From the NCBI RefSeq assembly GCF_018350175.1, contig NC_058368.1, positions 171,680,001-171,744,000 on the forward strand: a DNA stretch of 64,000 nucleotides, given 5' to 3'. The notes below the pieces were generated by a model, which was given only the letters and a program-made list of their open reading frames with translations, was not told the origin of the DNA and made no database searches. The translations under genes were made by a program, and so were the position numbers. This DNA comes from Felis catus. Its lineage: Eukaryota. Below are positions 51,851-64,000 of this stretch, piece by piece; the first letter of the stretch is position 1, and each line of letters opens with the position of its first letter.

Positions 51851-52335
51851 AAAACTAACATTTTCAATATAGATAAAATGTTGCCCACAGAAAAGTAGGT
51901 TGGATCAATGAGTGCTGACATGGTGGAAAAAGGATTGAGTCTAGCTTGGAAAAATGGTAAATGAAGAGAGTGAGAAAGTAAAAGAGACCAAACCATAAAA
52001 AATATATTTTAAAAAAAGAAGGCACTTCTAAGAGGACATAGGATTGGGACCTGAGAGAGACCAGCTTGACTAGTATGAATAATTCATTTTGGAGTAGAGT
52101 GAAGATAATAATAAGAGAATATTCCATTTGTTTTGTACTTAGTACCTTTCAGCTAATAATTTGAAATATGTTGTCTTATTTACTTCTCATAGTTCTTAGA
52201 TGTAAGTACTAACGTATGTGTTTTATAGATGGGGAAATTGAAGCTCAGGGGAATAACATAATTTGTTCAAGATAACATATTAGTAAATAATGAATCCTGG
52301 ACTGCACTGAGGTCTTTTTGATATCATAGACTATG

Positions 52336-52337
<2 letters not shown>

Positions 52338-52377
<40 letters not shown>

Positions 52378-52558
52378 AATTTGAGAGAGAGAGAGAGAGC
52401 ATGAGCTGGGGAGAGGGGCAGAGGGAGAGAGAAAGAATCTTAATCAGGATTAATCATGCTCAGCGTGGAGCCCGACATGGAACTCAATCCCACGTCTCTG
52501 GGATCATGACCTGGGCGGGAATCAAGAGTCAGATGCTCAACTGAGCCACCTAGGCACT
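52338..52558 (-). mobile_element. Can-SINE with (TG)n at its tail
   Basis: (TG)n at 52338-52374, then reverse SINE core. Confidence 0.88.
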
Positions 52559-52844
52559 TTGGCTATGTTTTTAATCACTAGATCTTTCTACTCGGTAGAA
52601 TGCTCAGATTATGAGCTCCTGGAAATCCACAAGGAGTTTGAATTCAATGCCTTAGAAGATGAATAAATGATAAAATTGGTCTCAAAGGAAGATTGATCTG
52701 TTAGTGAAAGGCAAAATATACTTAATCTGAGAAAATGAAATCAGTACATATAGAAGACTTGTTTATTTTTGCATTTAATTCATTCATTCACTAAATGTTA
52801 ATTAAATGCTGTATTAGTAAATTTTCCTCCAAAAAACGGGTAGG

Positions 52845-52892
<48 letters not shown>

Positions 52893-52897
<5 letters not shown>

Positions 52898-53490
52898 AGG
52901 GTCTCTGCAGATGTACTAAGATGAAGTCATACTCAATTAAGGTGGGCCCTAAATCCAATGTCCTTGTTAAAAGAGGGAGATAGAGGGCATCTGGGTGGCT
53001 CGGTCGGTTGAGCATCCAACTTTGGCTCAGGTCATGATCTTACTGCTTGTGAGTTCAAGCCCCACATCGGAGGGCAGGGGAACTTATGGCTCAGAGCCTG
53101 GAGCTTGCTTCATATTCTGTGTCTCCCTCTCTCTCTGCCCCTTCCCCAATCATGCTCTGTCTCTCTCTCTCTCTCTCAAAAATAAATAAACATTAAAAAA
53201 AAGAAGAAGAGGGAGATAGCAACACAAGGAAAAAGGCCACATGAAAATGGAGGCAGAGATTCCAATGATGCATGTAAAGGCCAATGAGTGCCAAAGATCG
53301 CCAGCAACTACCAGAAGTTCAAAGAGGCAAGAAAGAATTCTTTCCAAAAGCTTTTGGAGGAAACATGCCCCTACTGACACCTTGTTTTTAGACTTTTGGT
53401 TTCCAGGACTGTAAGAGAATTAATTTCTGTTGTTTTAACCCACATAGTTCATGGTAATTTGTTACAGCAGCCCCAGGAAACCAATATAGA
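52893..53490 (+). mobile_element. MLT1B/C-like LTR with nested SINE (~52985-53202), preceded by (CA)n at 52847-52892
   Basis: ggtgggccctaaatccaatg...ggaggcagagatt...ggtaatttgttacagcagccccaggaaaccaata. Confidence 0.8.
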
Positions 53491-55468
53491 AACCAAGTTC
53501 AGTGAGCAGTGTGAAAGATGGGAGAAGATTCAAAATTGGAGACAAAACTAAGATCTAGGAATGAGGTAGAATGAGCAGGTTTAGGCAGAAGTGATTAATT
53601 TTCTTGGTAGATAAATAGAACTAGTGTTTGTGCCTTGCGTTACTGTCCTGGCACGTGGGTGTGACTGAATGGCTTGAGGCCTAAAGGTTAAAGTAACCAA
53701 GAAAATGAACATTTTTGAAAGTATATGTTCTTTGGCCATTAGGAGAGACCTCAAGGGGAAAAGTGGAGGGAAATAAGGACAGAGGAATGACTAATCTTTA
53801 GGATTAATTAGAACTGCAAGAAGAAAAGGGAGCCATTAAAGGAGACAGAGAAAGGATGGTGAGAGAGATGGGTAAATAATAATTTACTACCACAAGAGAT
53901 GGGAGAAGAAAGAAGGACAAGGGCATGCATTAACTAGACCAAAAACTTTTTGAGGGCAGAGTCTTTGTACTTTCAGTAGCCACAAGAGTCCATAGTTAGC
54001 ATTTAATAAATATCTACCAAATTAATACATTTATATGTATTCTATAAGTAAGTATTTGATAAGTATCCACCAAATTAATAAAGAGCCATTTCCTGATACA
54101 GTTGACATCAACAAGAATGGAGATGGAAATGAGGTATCTGATTTAAGCAAATAGAAGACCCTAAAATCTTAATTAAAACCTTCTGTAATGTGCTGATGCT
54201 TGGGGTATTAGAAGTTAGAGAACTAATTATGCAGTCCACCTCTTCATTTTGCAGACGAGGAGTAAAGGTGCAGAAAAATTGCTTTTATGACTTGGGCTTT
54301 TTGAATCTGAAGTTGTTTCTGTAACTGTGGCAGGTGATTTTGTGTGTTGTAGCTGACGCTAACCCCTTTCAGTCATTAGGTTTCTACTTAAGTTTTTTCT
54401 GTCCTTCAAGGAAATTATCAGTCAGGGTTAGTTATTAAAAACAGAACTGATAATGTGGGGGGTAAAGTGCAAAAAAATGAAAGTTCTGATTAGAGAAAGG
54501 AAGAGGAACGATAAGGATGAATTTCATGGTAGTAATTTGGGTCACCACCTAGAACCCAGACTCGCTTTGGAGGGTGGATAGGATCACATGCAGGGTAGTT
54601 AATGTAACTCTTGGAGCTTGGAGGTGAGGATAGCAGGTCTAGTACTACTCAAATTTCCAATCAGAAAATCGCCACTGTAGTGGTATATCAGTATAATTGA
54701 CAATGAGATTCACCCCAAATTAGGTGCTTTCATGACTCATTTCTGACATCTTTGCTGGGACTTCAGCAGCAGACCACTGTGGCAGGACCCCACAGAGACC
54801 ATTAGAGAGCACCATCAGTAATGGCAGTGAAAGGACACAAACCCTCAAATCCCCAGCTGGGGAAACCCTGACAATACAGGTGGGGCTTTTGGAGCCTAAC
54901 ACCAAAGGCTATTTATTAAATAGCTATGAAAAAAGTGGCTCCTTGAAATATTGGTCACCTCTCAAGGTATATTTTTGGTCTTCTAAGACTGACTAATCTA
55001 TCCCTCCACCTCTTTTTTTACTTTCTTTAGTTTTTAACATCCAGAAAGATAGGATATTATTCCACCCCTATACAAACCTGCAATGACTGCAATGATCTGA
55101 CATACTGGACGATAAGAGTCTGCTAAAAAAAAAAAAACAGCTCTACATTGGAGGCTATTATTCTAATCTTGTTTCAGTCAAGGTGCCCTTGATTTTGCTT
55201 TGAATTTCAGTTTCTTTGATTGGAGTTTTTGGAAAAGAAAGAGAAAAAATAAAGAATAGACTTGTGGGAGGTATTCTCAGTCTGACCATCTGCCAGGGTG
55301 GGCTGCCAGCTTTCTGCATCCCAGGGGCTCCAACAATGTAGACTGGCCCTGAAGAAGGGTAAGGAAGGTGCCAATGAGGGATTTTTCTGAGACCATTTAT
55401 TAAATGGTTTGGTTGGAGGAGAAAAATCTCTAAATGTAAAGAGCTGCCTTAAGAAGTATTAAAAATTC

Positions 55469-55970
55469 GGGGCGCCTGGGTGGCTCAGTCGGTTGAGCGT
55501 CCGGCCTCGGCTCAGGTCATGATCTCATGGTTTGTGAGTTCGAGCCCTGCGTCGGGCTCTGTGCTGACAGCTCAGAGCCTGGAGCCTGTTTCAGATTCTG
55601 TGTCTCCTTCTCTCTCTGTTCCTCCCCTGCTCGTGCTCTGTCTCTCTCTCAAAAATAACTAAACATTAAAAAAATTAAAAAAAAAAGAAGTATTAAAAAT
55701 TCAATGACACACATGCTAAAACAATATTTTATTCTATTTTTAAACTTTTGGGTTTTGGGGGGCGCCTGGGTGGCTCAGTTGGTTAACCATGTGACTTCGG
55801 CTCAGGTCACGATCTCCCAGTTTTTGGGTTCGAGCCCTGCGTCGGGCTCTGTGTTAACAGCTCAGAGCCTAGAGCCTGCTTCGGATTCTGTCTCATTCTG
55901 TCTCTGCCCCTCCCCCACTTGCTCTCTGTCTCTCTCTGTCTCTCAAAAATAAATAAATGCAAAAAAAATT
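55469..55970 (+). mobile_element. two Can-SINEs (~55469-55686 with TSD aagaagtattaaaaattc; ~55758-55970)
   Basis: two SINE heads, cores and tails. Confidence 0.92.
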
Positions 55971-57204
55971 TTTTTAACTTTTGCAGTTTTTTTTCCACTG
56001 TAAGGTGTGTAATTCAGAGGATAATGGAGACAATTATCAAGATCCCTCATTCAACGCTAATCCCATGCCAATACATTGCTCTTGTGCTTTTCTGAATGTC
56101 ACAAGATTAAAACCGATTTGAATCCCATTTTTCTCTTTGTGTTTGAAGATACCATTCAAGTCCTTAGAACTTTAACTTACTGAGAGAGACATAAATTAGT
56201 AAGGAAACATAAAAATAATGATTATTCCTACTAAAGTTTACTAATAACTATTTTAACGGATAGTGGGAAAGATGGAAACAAGAAATCTGTCTGACTTAAC
56301 AAAATTTACTCTCTCTGAAGCAAAAGCAGAACGAGACACATTCAACTAGTTGAACATCTGACAGGACTTGGCAACACCTGAATACATTTTACTGACCCAG
56401 AGGGCAACTGCCACATTCATCACAGCCAGAATCCTTAATATAATACAAGGTGATTTGTGGTTACCAGTTAGAAATATCTTATGAAATAATGGAATCATAA
56501 GGCTATTCAGGGGAATTCAAAATTGGCCAATAGGTTTACAAAAGCTACTACACTTAACTTTCAATATATGCCTATAAGGAAACCCCACTAATATTCATCA
56601 TTTAAATAATGGACTAAATTATATTTAATGTGGTTTATTTTCCAGTATTTTATTTGATTTATCCTAACCCATATAGTCACAAGTTTGTCATACATTTTAC
56701 AGAAAGTACTAATCTATTTTTTGTTGAGAAAAGATTTAAATGAACAACAGCCTGGAGTTGAAGAGGTTAATCAGTTTTATAAATCCAAATAAAACCTTAT
56801 AAATCTAAATAGCATCTGCCTCCACAGCTGAATTGTACTGGACCTATAACACTAGAGACATAACATTACTAGCCTGCTAGGTACTTCATTTGAGCTTTAG
56901 ACAAATCACTTCAACTAGGATCTATGGTTCTTCATAACAAAGAGAAGTCAAGCATATACAATAGGAATGCATGTCTCAAGAACATGCCTCTGGCATTTAA
57001 TCCACTAACTTATCCCATAAAGTGTTTTCTCTTTCAAGTAGATGCTTTGGGGACACCTCAATATGATTTGTGGGTATGTGAAGCAATTTGGGAAATGCTA
57101 GAAAGTGCCTTATTACCTATATTTTTCTTGCCTCTGAAGTGAAGGAGATTACACTCATCAAAATAAGTTTTATCAGATAAATTGGACCCTTTTCTACTGC
57201 TGTG

Positions 57205-58780
57205 TTCTGTGGCAGTGATTTCTTCACATTTTCTCCAACATTTATTATTACTATCTTTTTTATTATGGCCACCCTACTGGGTATGAAGTGGTTTTGTTTG
57301 CATTTCCCTAATGGTTAATGATGTTGAGCATCTTTTCATTGTTTCTTGGCCAATAGCTGATTTAAAGTCCTTATCTAGTTATTTCATCATTTGGGCCTTA
57401 CTAGGGACTGCTCCTATTAATCAGTACTCTTTCCCCCTGTTTATGGACCATATTATTTTATTTCTTTGCACATCTTAAAATTTTTTTTGTTGAAAACTGG
57501 ACATTTAAATAATAAATTGTGGCAACTCTGGAAATCAGATTCACTCCTTCTCAGGATTTGTTGCTCTTTGTTGTTTACTTGTTTGTTTTAGTAACTTCTA
57601 AATGATAAAGTCTGTGTTCTTTGTCATACATAGCTGCTGAAGTCTCTGCTCATGTAGCTTAGTGGTCAGATAATGATTGGGCAGAGATTTCCTTAAATGC
57701 CTGGACAAGGAGTCTCTCAAGGGGCCACGTGCTGTGTATTGGAGCATACCTTCAGCACTCAGTCAGAAAGTTAACAACTCTAGGGCACCTGGGTGGTTCA
57801 GTTGGTTAAGCGTCTGACTTTGGCTCAAGTCATGATCTCACAGTTCGTGGGTTCCAGCTACACATGGGGATCTGTGCTGACAGGTCAGAGCCTGGAGCCT
57901 GCTTCGGATTCTGTGTCTTCCTCTCTCTCTGCCCCTCCCCCACTTGTGCTCACTCTTTCTCTCTCTCAAAAATAAACATTAAAAAAATTTTTCTTTTAAA
58001 GTTAAAATTCTGCGTTAGCCTTCACTTTCTACTCACACAGACTCTCAAGGTCATCCAGAGCTGAGCGCTTAGGGTCTCCTTTGGTCTTTCTTCAGCATGC
58101 ACAGATTCCTGGGCAGACATAACCGTATGCATGCACTTGACCTTCTAGATTCCTAGGAATATGTCAGAGCTTTTCAAGGTCTCTATGGATAATATCTTAT
58201 TCCCCATCTTTTCCTTTAAATTTTTTGGTTAGCCTATTATTTATCCTAACTTTATCACCCCTGGCAGCCACAAATGTTAAACAATTGCCACTAATTGTTT
58301 TGATAAACACTGCTGGTGAAAAGGCTTTTTCTACCAGATGAGCTCTACTCTGAGTCACGTCAAATAAAGACAGCTCTGCAAGTAGCATACTTCAGAGAAC
58401 TACCAGACCAGTCAAACACTGACAATTCTCTGGGAACGAGGCTTTGAAGGAGCTCCAACTCCATTCTGCAACCTCCAGTGGCTGCCAGGTTGCCGGTTTT
58501 CAACATGATTACGCGCTGTTTACTTTTAAAGCTATCATAGAGCTAGAGAGAAGGGATGGGAAAAGGACAAGTTAAAATGCCATAAATCTCACTGTTTTTA
58601 CTGAGATTCAGCCATTTTTTCTTGAAGAAACACTTCCCAGATTGCTACAGGCCTTTGGTTAAATAGCTAAAGTTCGGGAAAAAAAGTTGATTCTGATGAC
58701 TTTTTTCCAGTTTTCTTATTAATTTTTTGAAGAATTTGTGGAGTCCTTACTCTCCTATTTTCTCTGCCATCCCTCCTTAG
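57205..58780 (-). mobile_element. old L1 fragments (3' piece plus 5'-end piece) with a nested SINE at ~57783-57990 (+)
   Basis: tgcatttccctaatggttaatgatgttgagcatcttttcat; L1M 5'UTR-like text. Confidence 0.6.
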
Positions 58781-61507
58781 CAGCATATTTGGGGGGGTGA
58801 CATATTTTGCCACTCAAATGATTGGATCCAATTACTGTATTTTTGGATGGCTAAATCCTACTCATCCTTAAGACTCAGCTCAAGGGTCACTTCCTTGAGC
58901 AATGGAATGCTTTCTGCAAATTAAATTTGACAAAGAAGCTGAGTAAGTGAATCAGATGCTATCCCAGCTGCTCCTGTTCAATGAGTGAATGAGAACTGGA
59001 TCCATGCCAGGTCAGCATTCACTTTTTCACCTCCTCCCCACAGTAGTCCTTAAAGCACTGTCTCTGAAAGCCTGAGGCTCTCCGGATCATGGCATATTCT
59101 AAGCTAGATGAATGCTTGGTGAAAATTTCAAAAAAGCAGATTTAAGCAGTAGGCAGTCATTGGGCTAGAAAGCATCTAGATCACTTTTAAACAGAAACTA
59201 TATGTTTTCTTGAATGAAAAGGATGAACAATTATTCTGATGATTCACTAAAAAAGCCATAGTGCCTTTTAGAAAATTATAGAAATATGTAAACTACTGAT
59301 ACATGCCCCCCAAAAGAATAGTTACTGCCTATTTGAAATACGAATACAAGAAATGTTTTAATTGATTATGAAGAATTTTGTGGAGAAATGTTGGCTAAAT
59401 GAATCTTGAAGACCATTGGCAAAGTATATTGGCTACCACTGCTTTGGATCCCATCTTAGTTTTTCAAATTTAGACAATTGGTATGAATCAACCTGAACAT
59501 CCCCTGAGACATGTGAGCACTATTTCGGAGACCATAGCATTGAATTTTTTAAAGTGGGCTCTAATGGTATTTCTAAGTGAATTTATAATATGTTTAATAT
59601 GTGGAATTAATAAAACTGGGCATTTATTTGTTTTATGTAATTTATTATAAAACATAACACATGTATAGACTGATATAACATGTATTATAGAGAGAAAAGG
59701 CTGTTGGCAAAGTAATACCAAAAAAATAGTTGTTGATTATGGTTCTCATAATATTTCAAACAACTCATATGCTTCTGAGACAAAAGAGCAAAAAAATGTA
59801 GACTTATGGGATTATTATAAAACATGTTCTTTCATGTCTAAAGTTCTAACACAAAGCAAAGAGAAATTGCGATTGGCCAATTATCCTGTGAACTTTGTCA
59901 TTGAAGAAATCTAACCTTAATGACTCATGAGAGAATAAAATGCTTTTCTAAAGTCAGATATTTTTGCTTGAATAATTCAGACAATTTCATTGATGTTTCA
60001 GTTAGCATTATCCACAAAATAATTTACACAAGAGGTTTTAAAAATAGAACTCCTAATTGAGGCATTCAAGACAAAAGATAAGATATTCCAAAGCAAGATG
60101 AAAATTTATTGAATGATCATTTTAAAAATAACTTTATATTTTGAAATAGTTTAAGACTCACAAGAAATTGCAAAAACAGTTCAGAGGTTCCCATGTTCCC
60201 TTCACCTAGCTTTATCCAGTGTTAATGAATATCTTACATAGCCATTATATGTGTCAAAACAGGGTTGCATAACTCTTAAACTCCTCATCCACATTGAGCA
60301 TATAAAAGCATCAGGTTGCTGGAGACCAAAATAAAGGATTTTTGAAGGGTGATATTTATTTAGAAAGAACTCTGGGTGTGCTTTGTGTCCCCCATAATGC
60401 TCTGTCCTCAAGTGATTGCAGATCTGTAACAATGGATATTTTCTATTATTTCCAAGAGGCTCCACCTGTCAAAAAACTATAGTGGGAAAAAGCCCTTAAG
60501 GTAACCTGATGGAGTTTTTGGTTTGGCTTTGGTTATTTGGTTATTAGAGAATTTTTTCATTCTTTAATTCAAGAGAGTATTCAAACAAACAAAAATTATC
60601 TTTTCCCAGGTAACTGAGATCTAAGCTTTCAAAGGCAAAATTGCTTTCCTTTAAATCTCCCATAGGTACATCTCTAATTCTATCTCTACTTTGTGGTTCT
60701 CTTATTCCAGCTTCACTTTAGCAAAATTGTTATTGAAATCTACTTGGGAGAGAAGAGGAACGGCAGTAATGGGGCCAGGGTGGTTTTTATCTGAACACAG
60801 ACCAAATGCCTGCAGGTGTACCCTGGGAAGCCATGCTTTATCACTGAACTCCCCTCTGTAACTCACCTCACTTGGTGGTAGATTACTAACCCTGCATCAC
60901 CCACATCCTCCCCACTCAGCTGAACTTCTTTTTCTTATTTACCTTTTCGGGTTTGGGTTATTGTTGTTGATCTTGTTTTCAGTCTATCTTTGTATTTCCC
61001 ACTTTACCTAGCAGAGTGCCTTGACCATAATAGGAACTCAGTGAATGTCTACTGAAAGGATGGATTCCTTCCATAAAGAAAAGAGCTAGAAGGATGACTA
61101 ATGAAGGCAACTAGTCAGATAATTTAAAACATTTTTCTCTAATTGGACATTTCAGCAATAGTTTTTGTCAATTACATGGATAGTTACCTTAATACACCAT
61201 ATCACTCTTGACACGTGTAGAATGCAATATTTGTATACACAAAAAGCAGGTAACCCCAGTTGGATAAAAAATAATCATATTCATAGAAAATATATAAATG
61301 AATACAAAAGATACTATTACCAGTATTATTTCTGGGGAGTGAAGAAAAGGAACTGTGAGGATCAGTGAGGTCACTAAATTGTACTTTTTGCTGAACACAC
61401 TTATGCACTGTTTTAATTTTTATGAGCATGTATTACTTTTCCATTTCAATTTTTAAGATTTTATTAACTAAGGAGAAAACTAAGCAGAGGTACTGTGGTC
61501 CTGAACA

Positions 61508-61735
61508 TTTTTTTTTTTAATTTTTTTTTTCAACTTTTATTTATTTTTGGGACAGAGAGAGAGAGAGAGCATGAACGGGGGAGGGGCAGAGAGAGAGGGA
61601 GACACAGAATCGGAAGCAGGCTCCAGGCTCCGAGCCATCAGCCCAGAGCCCGATGCGGGGCTCGAACTCACAGACCGCGAGATCGTGACCTGGCTGAAGT
61701 TGGACGCTTAACCGACTGTGCCACCCAGGCGCCCC
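61508..61735 (-). mobile_element. very young felid Can-SINE
   Basis: TSD tgtggtcctgaacattt at 61494-61510 and 61736-61752. Confidence 0.95.
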
Positions 61736-61779
61736 TGTGGTCCTGAACATTTGAGCTTGTGTCTTTCATTGACTCAGAG

Positions 61780-62360
61780 TAGGGGATACAAAATCAAATG
61801 CCTCCAGGGCACAAGCAGGTAATGTAACTAAGCAAACTGGACTGAGGATTGTGGCAAGTGAGGCAGTACCTACTCTGTCTAAAGTGGCCAGAGACTACCC
61901 AGTTCTAGCCAATTGTTGCCATGTAAGAATATGGCTCTAATGCTGTCAGATGACCCAGTTTCCAAAAGAAGTGAGAAATCCAGAGATTTTAGGGGGCAAA
62001 ATTTCCTGATTTTTACTTATTTGTTTGTTTGTTTGCTTATTTAATGTTTATTTACTTTTGGGGGTGGGGGGACATAGCATGCATGGGGGAGGAACAGAGA
62101 GAGAGGGAGACACAAAATCCAAAGTAGGCTCCAGGCTCTGAGCTGTCAGCACAGAGACCAATGTAGGGCTTGAACTCACAAACCATGAGATCATGACCTG
62201 AGCTGAAATTGGACACCCAACCAACTGAGCCATCCAGGCACCCCCAAATTTCCTGATTTTTAAATGAAAGCAATTGATTTAAATTTTCTGTAGTTTAACA
62301 TGAAAGCCCAACAAATCATGTCAATGGCTTAAATCTAACCTGTGAATCACCATCACCAAT
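61780..62360. mobile_element. MER103-like relic with nested Can-SINE (~62015-62245, minus)
   Basis: caaatgcctccagggcacaagcaggtaatgtaa; SINE flanked by aaatttcctgatttt. Confidence 0.6.
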
Positions 62361-63438
62361 TTGTAAACTCTGACTTCGGTAGTAGTCTGGAGTTGTTTGG
62401 TTTCTTTCAAAAATAGATTGTTTCAGGAAACTGGCTTATCTCTTGTTTGTTTTCCTCCTGTATAAAATGCCATTTAATGTTCTAGAGCCTACACAGGGCT
62501 CTGGGTATTTCCATGGTGAATGAGCAGTAGGACCCAGAAACTGTCAAGCTTCTGCAGGGTTGTAAACTGATTGCCATTAACTGAGCATTCTAGGGCTAGT
62601 CATAAAGAATACAGTCTTGGGCAGGGTAGCAGCATTTCCTGAGAGGGCCATGAAGGCCAAGAACTGAAATGGCGTTAATAAAAAAAGTAATCAAATTGGT
62701 GGCAGACAGCAGTCTTCAAATCTTAGAGTTGTGGTCAATTGGATTATAAACTCTAAAATAGTCACGAAGGCAAAATTTAGGATATGCCTAATGTGATATT
62801 TGGGTATAAGCAAAGGACAAGACATAAAAAACATTCCTTTCTACATATAAACAATGGGAAAGCAGACAAATAGGGAGATTGAGTCCCTTCCAACTTTAGA
62901 ACTAGTATTCAAGATTAAGCTGTAACGAAGGGATAATCCATAATAGCCCAATGGAGTCTTATTTTCCACTTAAATCATTTGTCACACTATTCAATTAATA
63001 TCATATAGCTAGTACAGTTACCTGGCAAATGAACTCTTTTGACCCATTTGCTCAATTAAGGTATCATGACAAATATTTTCTCCTTATACATAATAATATC
63101 CACCATGTGATTTACCAGCACTTGCTATTAAAAAGTTGGCTAAAAACCAAGAAATAAATGAACATTAACCAACAAGGGTCCTCAGAGCATTCAAAATCAT
63201 CTTCACAAGCCCAGGCAATAAGGATCACAAGGCTGATTACAGGAACATCTCTCCCTCCACACAGCATATGTGGATCCTACTGGGCACACAATACTGAGAA
63301 AATGGACTCTCTGGTTCTTAATTTAAAAGAGTTGATGTCTCTGGCACTTTAAAGCAGCAAATAAACACAACACAGCACTTGATAGGCACTACATGATTTT
63401 ATTAAGGGATAAATGTGAGTAGTAGTAAGAAAGCATAC

Positions 63439-63671
63439 GGGGCGCCTGGGTGGCGCAGTCGGTTAAGCGTCCGACTTCAGCCAGGTCATGATCTCGCGGT
63501 CCGTGAGTTCGAGCCCCGCGTCGGGCTCTGGGCTGCTGGCTCCGAGCCTGGAACCTGTTTCCGATTCTGTGTCTCCCTCTCTCTCTGCCCCTCCCCCGTT
63601 CATGCTCTGTCTCTCTCTGTCCCAAAAGTAAAATAAAAAACGTTGAAAAAAAAAATTAAAAAAAAAAAAAA
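63439..63671 (+). mobile_element. very young felid Can-SINE
   Basis: CpG-intact; TSD aagaaagcata at 63427-63437 and 63670-63680. Confidence 0.95.
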
Positions 63672-63771
63672 GAAAGCATAGCTAAAATTATTAGCCAATT
63701 GCCTAACAGGGAGAGAGAAGAGAGAAGGCAGATACCCTGAAAAGTTGACACAAGACTTAAAATAACATCTT

Positions 63772-63990
63772 GGGGTACTTGGGGGACTCAATAGGTTGAC
63801 TCTTGATTTTGGCTTGGGTCATGATCCCAGGGTCGTGGGATTGAGCCCCACATCAGGCTCCATGCTGAGTGTGGAACCTGCTTGGGATTCTCTCTCTGTC
63901 TCACTCTGTCTCTCTCTCTCTCTCTCTGCCCTCCTCCCTTGCTTACACTCTCAATCTCTCTCAAACAAAATTTTTAAAAATTAAAAAAAT
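63772..63990 (+). mobile_element. older Can-SINE
   Basis: degenerate head, ggtcatgatcccagg core, (CT)n, A tail. Confidence 0.85.
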
Positions 63991-64000
63991 GATAAAATAA

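Noticed and set aside
880..63990. Recurrent 'MAQSVERPTSAQVMIS...' ORFs and tRNA-like heads
   Set aside because: All are tRNA-derived Can-SINE copies, not a gene family or tRNA genes.
1..64000. CRISPR arrays, operons, rRNA or other prokaryotic systems
   Set aside because: Mammalian DNA; no regularly spaced repeat-spacer array or rRNA-like sequence seen.

Overview
Eukaryotic, repeat-rich mammalian DNA. The tRNA-derived Can-SINEs with (CT)n and A tails, including CpG-intact copies ending '...gtcccaaaa', and the carnivore L1s point to a felid. The only protein-coding sequence I can support is coding exon 1 of EPB41L4A (minus strand, 7387-7485, [33 protein letters not shown]), inside a ~2 kb CpG island. 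Positions 1-7386 are intron 1, and everything beyond ~9 kb is upstream intergenic DNA. That DNA holds ~30 SINEs, MaLR LTRs, DNA-transposon relics, old L1 fragments and a ~7 kb decayed near-full-length L1 nested in an older L1. The most interesting observations are an unexplained ~2.9 kb repeat-free, gene-like block (34.35-37.28 kb), two tailless L1 ORF2 insertions flanked by direct repeats (internal-priming signature), a templated direct+inverted insertion forming a 40-bp-arm AT-rich palindrome, a poly(A)-only insertion, a (GGC)8(TTC)15 microsatellite born in a SINE target-site duplication, and a uORF plus an LLD>LLN change at the EPB41L4A 5' end. I found no convincing new multi-gene system. 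Repeat family names are from memory of consensus sequences, and their boundaries are approximate.
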